Shown here: in pieces, positions 25,643-31,004 of the stretch
Numbering within the stretch: the first letter of the stretch is position 1
Layout of the letters: every line of letters begins with the position of its first letter
DNA from: a virus
Lineage: Duplodnaviria; Heunggongvirae; Uroviricota; Caudoviricetes
Strand: one strand, 5' to 3'
IMG/VR virus record: IMGVR_UViG_3300032007_003791
Length of the DNA: 31,004 bases
Translations under genes and position numbers: made by a program
Notes under the pieces: generated by a model
The model's database searches: none
What the model was told of the DNA's origin: nothing
The model's input: the letters and a program-made list of their open reading frames with translations, nothing else

Positions 25643-26833
25643 TTATTTCCAGGGGGTGCATTTATAGGCCTCGTAGCCCACGATAAAACGCTGCATGCCG
25701 TCCAGCAGGCGGCTGCGCGGGCAGGCAATGTTCACGCGCATGAACCCCTCCCCGGCGGCGCCGTAGATGGAGCCGGTGCTCAGGGTGAGCTGCACTTTCT
25801 CCTGCAGGAACTTGCCCAGGCGCTCGCTGAAGCCTTCCAGCGGCTCGCCCGGGCGGAGCGCCTTCCGGCAGTCCAGCCACATCAGGTAGGTGCCTTCCAG
25901 GGGCAGCACATTCACTTCCGGAAGCTCGTCTTCCAGGAAGCAGGATACCGTGCGGGCGTTGTGGTACAGGTAATCCCGCAGCTGGTCTAGCCACGGGCCG
26001 CCTTCCGTGTAGGCCGCCTTGAGGGCCGTGACGCCGAACACGTTCACGTCGCAGCACTCGTTGTCGTTGATGGCGCGGTCCATCTTGGCCAGGACAGCCG
26101 GGTCCTTGGCGTAAATGTTGGCTATCTGGATGCCCGCCAGATTGAACGCCTTGGTGGGGGAGATGCAGGACACGGAGTTAAGCACGTATTCCTCCGGGAG
26201 GGTGGCCCAGGGGGTGTAGTCGTGCCCGGGGTAGGTGAGCTCGCAGTGGATTTCGTCCGAAATCACAAACACCTGGTTGCGACGGCAGATTTCGGCCATC
26301 AGGAGCAGTTCCTCGCGGGTCCATACGCGGCCGGCGGGGTTGTGGGGGTTGCACAGGAGCAGTACCTTGGCCTCTGCGGCCTTCTTTTCAAAATCGTCCC
26401 AGTCCACAATGTAGCGGCCGTCGTACCGGAGCGGATTATCCAGCTGCACGCATTTGTTGTTGCGGATGGCCGGGAAGAAGGCGTTGTAGCAGGGGGTCAT
26501 CACCATCACTTTGTCCCCGGGCACGGTCATAGCCTTGATGGCGGCGCTGTAGGCGGCAATCACGCCGGTGGTGGGGACAATGTTGCTTTTGCTAATATCG
26601 TCCCAGCCGTGGCGCTCCTTGAACCACCGGTGCATGGCCTCAAAGTAGCTGTCCGGCACCAGTTCGTACCCGAATACTCCGTGCGCCAGGCGCTTTTGGA
26701 GGGCCGCCTGAATCTCGGGCGCCACTTTAAAGTCCATGTCGGCCACCCACAGGGGCAGCGTTCCGGGATACAGGTCCCATTTTACACTCTCGGTTCCCCG
26801 GCGGTCCGGGCATTGGTCAAAGTTGTAGGTCAT
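25643..26833 (-). CDS. MalY/PatB-family PLP-dependent enzyme (cystathionine beta-lyase-like)
   Basis: SVKWD, LWVADMDF, LCNPHNPAGRVW, SDEIH, SPTKAFN (PLP lysine). Confidence 0.93.
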   Translation of the reverse strand: MTYNFDQCPDRRGTESVKWDLYPGTLPLWVADMDFKVAPEIQAALQKRLAHGVFGYELVPDSYFEAMHRWFKERHGWDDISKSNIVPTTGVIAAYSAAIKAMTVPGDKVMVMTPCYNAFFPAIRNNKCVQLDNPLRYDGRYIVDWDDFEKKAAEAKVLLLCNPHNPAGRVWTREELLLMAEICRRNQVFVISDEIHCELTYPGHDYTPWATLPEEYVLNSVSCISPTKAFNLAGIQIANIYAKDPAVLAKMDRAINDNECCDVNVFGVTALKAAYTEGGPWLDQLRDYLYHNARTVSCFLEDELPEVNVLPLEGTYLMWLDCRKALRPGEPLEGFSERLGKFLQEKVQLTLSTGSIYGAAGEGFMRVNIACPRSRLLDGMQRFIVGYEAYKCTPWK

Positions 26834-26845
26834 GGATGTGGTTGC

Positions 26846-26935
26846 TAAGTGTTTGCTATTCAGTGTTTTGTGTATAATCCTCGGCTCCTTTTGCGCACAG
26901 GATTTTGTGCAAGTGTCTGATGGTCAATAAATTAG
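26846..26935. repeat. Box-hairpin-box intergenic element, copy A
   Basis: Shares TATAATCCTCGGCTCC(T/A)TTTGCGC (23/24 nt) and flanking architecture with 29921-30012. Confidence 0.75.
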
Positions 26936-27780
26936 TTGCCAGTGCTAATCTGGCAGTTTCCCGGGGCTTTGGCGTTCTCGTCCAGGATTACCTCCCCAAT
27001 GGAGCCGGCCTTGATGAAGCCGGAGCGGGGATTCTTCACGGAGACAATATGGCCCTTCACCGTGGCCTGGACCGAGGAGTACTCGAAGGCCAGGTCTGCG
27101 TCATCGGCAAAGGTACAATCCTCCAGGATGAGGTTTTCGCAGTAGCACAGGGGCTGGCTTCCGCCAATATGGCAGCGCACCAGACGGAGGTTCTTGGCAT
27201 ACCAGCCCAGGAACTCGCCGTTGATGACGGAATCGTACACGGTCACGTTCTCGCTCTCCCAGAAGGCGTCTTTGGTCTGGAGGTTGGCGTTGCGGATGAC
27301 GGCGTTCTTCACATATTGGAAAGAATAGTTTCCATGGAGTTCGTACTTGTCGATATCCACGTTCTCGCAGTGCATGAAGATGTAGTTGGCATCGGAGGTC
27401 TCTACGTTCCTGAGGACGATATCCTTGCAGTCCCAGAAGGTTTCCTGCGCCATGGGCATTTTCACGTTTTCCAGGTATACGTCGCTGATGCGGCGGAACA
27501 TCTTGGGCGCTTCCACCAGGGTGTCGTACATTTTGCAGCCGCGGGTATACCACAGCGCCGCACGGGCGCCTTCCCGGAATACGCAGTCCCGGATGGTGAA
27601 TCCGTCGCACTCCCAGAACGGGTATTTCCCGTTGAATTCGCACTTGACAGCTTCAATGTCAGCCCCTTCCTTCAGACTGGATTCTCCCGGCCCGATGCTG
27701 ACATTTTCCAGGCGGAGTCCGTTCTTTTTGCAGTACAAAGGGCGTTCGCCCTCGAAATATTGGTTCTTGATAATTTCCAT
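26932..27780 (-). CDS. DUF3737-family beta-helix protein
   Basis: MEIIKNQYFEGERPLY..GESSLKE..GKYPFW..APKMFR..GNYSFQY..KDAFWE..GEFLGW..QPLCYC..DLAFEYS; ATG at 27780 preceded by a minus-strand TATATTTG (27787-27794). Confidence 0.88.
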   Translation of the reverse strand: MEIIKNQYFEGERPLYCKKNGLRLENVSIGPGESSLKEGADIEAVKCEFNGKYPFWECDGFTIRDCVFREGARAALWYTRGCKMYDTLVEAPKMFRRISDVYLENVKMPMAQETFWDCKDIVLRNVETSDANYIFMHCENVDIDKYELHGNYSFQYVKNAVIRNANLQTKDAFWESENVTVYDSVINGEFLGWYAKNLRLVRCHIGGSQPLCYCENLILEDCTFADDADLAFEYSSVQATVKGHIVSVKNPRSGFIKAGSIGEVILDENAKAPGNCQISTGN

Positions 27781-27849
27781 AACTCGCAAATATAATAAAA
27801 TTATAGGTGCGAACGGCAAAAATCGGCCCAAATTTGGCCCCGACCCGCC

Positions 27850-27893
27850 GACTGCCAAATTGTCAGTCATCCCTACCTTGGCACAGCTGTTGA
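27850..27893 (+). promoter_or_regulatory. Upstream regulatory region of groESL: palindrome plus sigma54-like -24/-12 motif
   Basis: GACTGCCAAATTGTCAGTC (27850-27868), then TTGGCACAGCTGTTGA (27878-27893; GG-N10-GA). Confidence 0.5.
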
Positions 27894-27914
27894 TTATCTT
27901 TCGGGCGTCCGCCT

Positions 27915-27941
27915 GTCATTCTGAGCGCAGCGAAGAATCTC
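27915..27941 (+). repeat. 27-bp GTCAT...ATCTC REP-like element upstream of groES
   Basis: GTCATTCTGAGCGCAGCGAAGAATCTC; same termini and length as the other copies. Confidence 0.75.
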
Positions 27942-27976
27942 ATCGGCACAACTGAAACTATTAAATGTACAATATC

Positions 27977-28243
27977 ATGCTAAAACCGTTAGGAACAAGA
28001 GTGGTCGTTGAGCCCAAAGAGGCCGAGACCATGACCGCCGGGGGCCTTTACATCCCGGACAATGCCAAGGAAAAACCGCAGCAGGGCGTGGTTGTCGCCG
28101 TTGGCCCGGGTGCCAAGGACGAGCCCATGGAAGTCAAGGCCGGAGAAACCGTCCTGTATGGCAAGTACGCCGGCACCGAGGTCACCGTAGATGGCAAAAA
28201 GTACCTCATCGTAAAGCAGTCTGATATTTTAGCAATCCTCTAA
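27977..28243 (+). CDS. groES: Co-chaperonin GroES
   Basis: [49 protein letters not shown]. Confidence 0.98.
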   Translation: MLKPLGTRVVVEPKEAETMTAGGLYIPDNAKEKPQQGVVVAVGPGAKDEPMEVKAGETVLYGKYAGTEVTVDGKKYLIVKQSDILAIL

Positions 28244-28248
28244 GGAAG

Positions 28249-29906
<1,658 letters not shown>

Positions 29907-29920
29907 TCCCGGACTGGCCG

Positions 29921-30012
29921 GCAACCGTCTGATAATCAGCGTTTTGCTTATAATCCTCGGCTCCATTTGCGCCGAGGATTTTTCGTAATCTCCTCTCTCT
30001 CAATTACTTACG
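29921..30012. repeat. Box-hairpin-box intergenic element, copy B (hairpin may also terminate groEL transcription)
   Basis: CAACCGTCTGATAATCAGCGTTTTG, then hairpin AATCCTCGG..CCGAGGATT with TTT, then CGTAATCTCC...TCAATTACTTACG. Confidence 0.75.
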
Positions 30013-30043
30013 AACCAGCGCTTTGTGTGCCCTTGGATTCGTA

Positions 30044-30130
30044 CTCGTCCTCGCAAAAGGCCCAAAACAAGGACGAGGGGGCCCCAACGGGCGTGTCGTC
30101 CTTAAAAATGCTTCAAAACAAGGACGAGGG
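30044..30130. repeat. Two tandem ~35-bp TCGTCCT-N17-AAGGACGA hairpin elements (51-bp period)
   Basis: CTCGTCCTCGCAAAAGGCCCAAAACAAGGACGAGGG and GTCGTCCTTAAAAATGCTTCAAAACAAGGACGAGGG. Confidence 0.8.
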
Positions 30131-30162
30131 TTTGGGAAAGCGGGGAAAAATGGTTAGCTTTG
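30131..30162 (+). promoter_or_regulatory. Promoter of the small exported protein gene
   Basis: TTTG (30131-30134), 20-nt spacer, TAGCTTTG (30155-30162). Confidence 0.7.
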
Positions 30163-30184
30163 CGGGTAAGTAATGTATTGGAAG

Positions 30185-30565
30185 ATGAAAAGAGCAATGC
30201 TTGTGTTTGCGCTCCTTTTGACGGGCCTGGTGGCCTGGGCGCAGAATATTACCATAGGAGAGAATGTGCCGCAGGCAGCGGTGGAAGTGCTACAGCCCCG
30301 GCTGATGCAAATGCTGCAGGCCGGTAGTGTGGCCGATGCTCCTTTGCAGGTGGAGGCTCGCGTGGTCAAGCAGCTGGAAACGCCCGGCTCCCTGAGCCAG
30401 GTGGCGCTGGAGATTGAACTCACCCTCCGCTCGGGGGATGCCGCCGAAACCTTCCTGTTAAAAGGAGTAGGGGAGAACGAGGCCGATGCCTGGGTTCGCG
30501 CCATGAAACAATTTCTCCCGCGGAGCAAATCCGCCCAGGGTTTTGTTGCCCAACTGAAGCCATAG
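30185..30565 (+). CDS. Hypothetical exported protein (126 aa)
   Basis: SPI-type signal peptide MKRAMLVFALLLTGLVAWA-Q; own promoter; normal codon usage. Confidence 0.75.
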   Translation: MKRAMLVFALLLTGLVAWAQNITIGENVPQAAVEVLQPRLMQMLQAGSVADAPLQVEARVVKQLETPGSLSQVALEIELTLRSGDAAETFLLKGVGENEADAWVRAMKQFLPRSKSAQGFVAQLKP

Positions 30566-30627
30566 AATCTAGGCGGCAACAAGATTGCCCGGGATTTGTG
30601 GTCAATACGAAAAATTGCCGTTAAATG

Positions 30628-30718
30628 GAAGCAACTGTAAATCAGTAGTTTATGGAAAATCGTCTATGTCATCTCGCATAGACGATTTTTCGTAAGTCTC
30701 TCACAATGAGCGAGTTGC
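30628..30718. repeat. Box-hairpin-box intergenic element, copy C, with a perfect 13-bp stem (probable terminator)
   Basis: CTGTAAATCAG box; AAAATCGTCTATG (30656-30668) / CATAGACGATTTT (30677-30689); then CGTAAGTCTCTCACAATGAGCGAGTTGC. Confidence 0.6.
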
Positions 30719-30785
30719 ATTTTACGGCCACTGAAAGGGTTCTGGCAGGGGCTGAAAAAAATATTTTCAAAAAAGTTAAAAAAAA

Positions 30786-31004
30786 TTTGTCAGTTCAAAA
30801 ATAGTTACTACCTTTGCAGTCCCGTTCGGAAACGAGCGGGATTTTTAACCCCCGCAAGGGCGGTTGAAAATTAAAAAAAGATCATTGAAAAGACTGAAAG
30901 GAAGTACAAGCAAGTACCGGAAGTTGTAACATACAATTTCTAATTTAAACGAGCGTCAGTTTCTTAGGAAACAAAGTCAAGGACAAGCTAAGCATTATAA
31001 GAAT
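30786..31004 (+). promoter_or_regulatory. Probable rRNA operon promoter and 5' leader (16S gene expected just beyond the window)
   Basis: A-tract-rich upstream region, TTTG (30786-30789), 19 nt, TACCTTTG (30809-30816), short hairpins, boxA-like AAAGATCATTGAAA and AGTACAAG; no ORF and no 16S sequence inside the window. Confidence 0.7.

Noticed and set aside
30044-30130. Possible mini-CRISPR (two ~36-bp repeats)
   Set aside because: Only two divergent units, a spacer of about 15 bp, no cas genes, and a related solitary copy at 20549-20582.

Overview
Chromosomal window from a GC-rich Bacteroidales genome. The taxon is inferred from repeated TTTG-N19/20-TAnnTTTG promoters and the gene families present. 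Left to right: (1) the edge of an integrative element (tyrosine integrase plus small excisionase-like gene) next to the 3' end of tRNA-Val(TAC). (2) prsW, followed in the same frame by the C-terminal stump of a second tyrosine recombinase. (3) A ~14 kb, seven-gene type V pilus (fimbria)-like operon: a DUF3575/OmpA-type outer-membrane protein, two paralogous pilin-like lipoproteins, an Mfa2/FimB-like protein and three minor/tip pilins, one ending in a C-type-lectin-like module and one in BspA-type LRRs. (4) A ~1 kb debris zone with an IS66 remnant, a helicase-associated-like fragment and three 11-bp-periodic arrays. (5) A minus-strand run DUF3737 > MalY/PatB > alpha-2-macroglobulin > pbpC. (6) groES-groEL, a small exported protein and a probable rRNA operon promoter/leader at the right edge. 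The most unusual signals are several families of short palindromic elements. They recur in intergenic gaps and also sit in frame within pbpC, where they appear to supply its start codon, two internal segments and its C-terminus. A separate ~90-bp box-hairpin-box element occurs three times. No CRISPR array, reverse transcriptase or DGR template repeat is visible.
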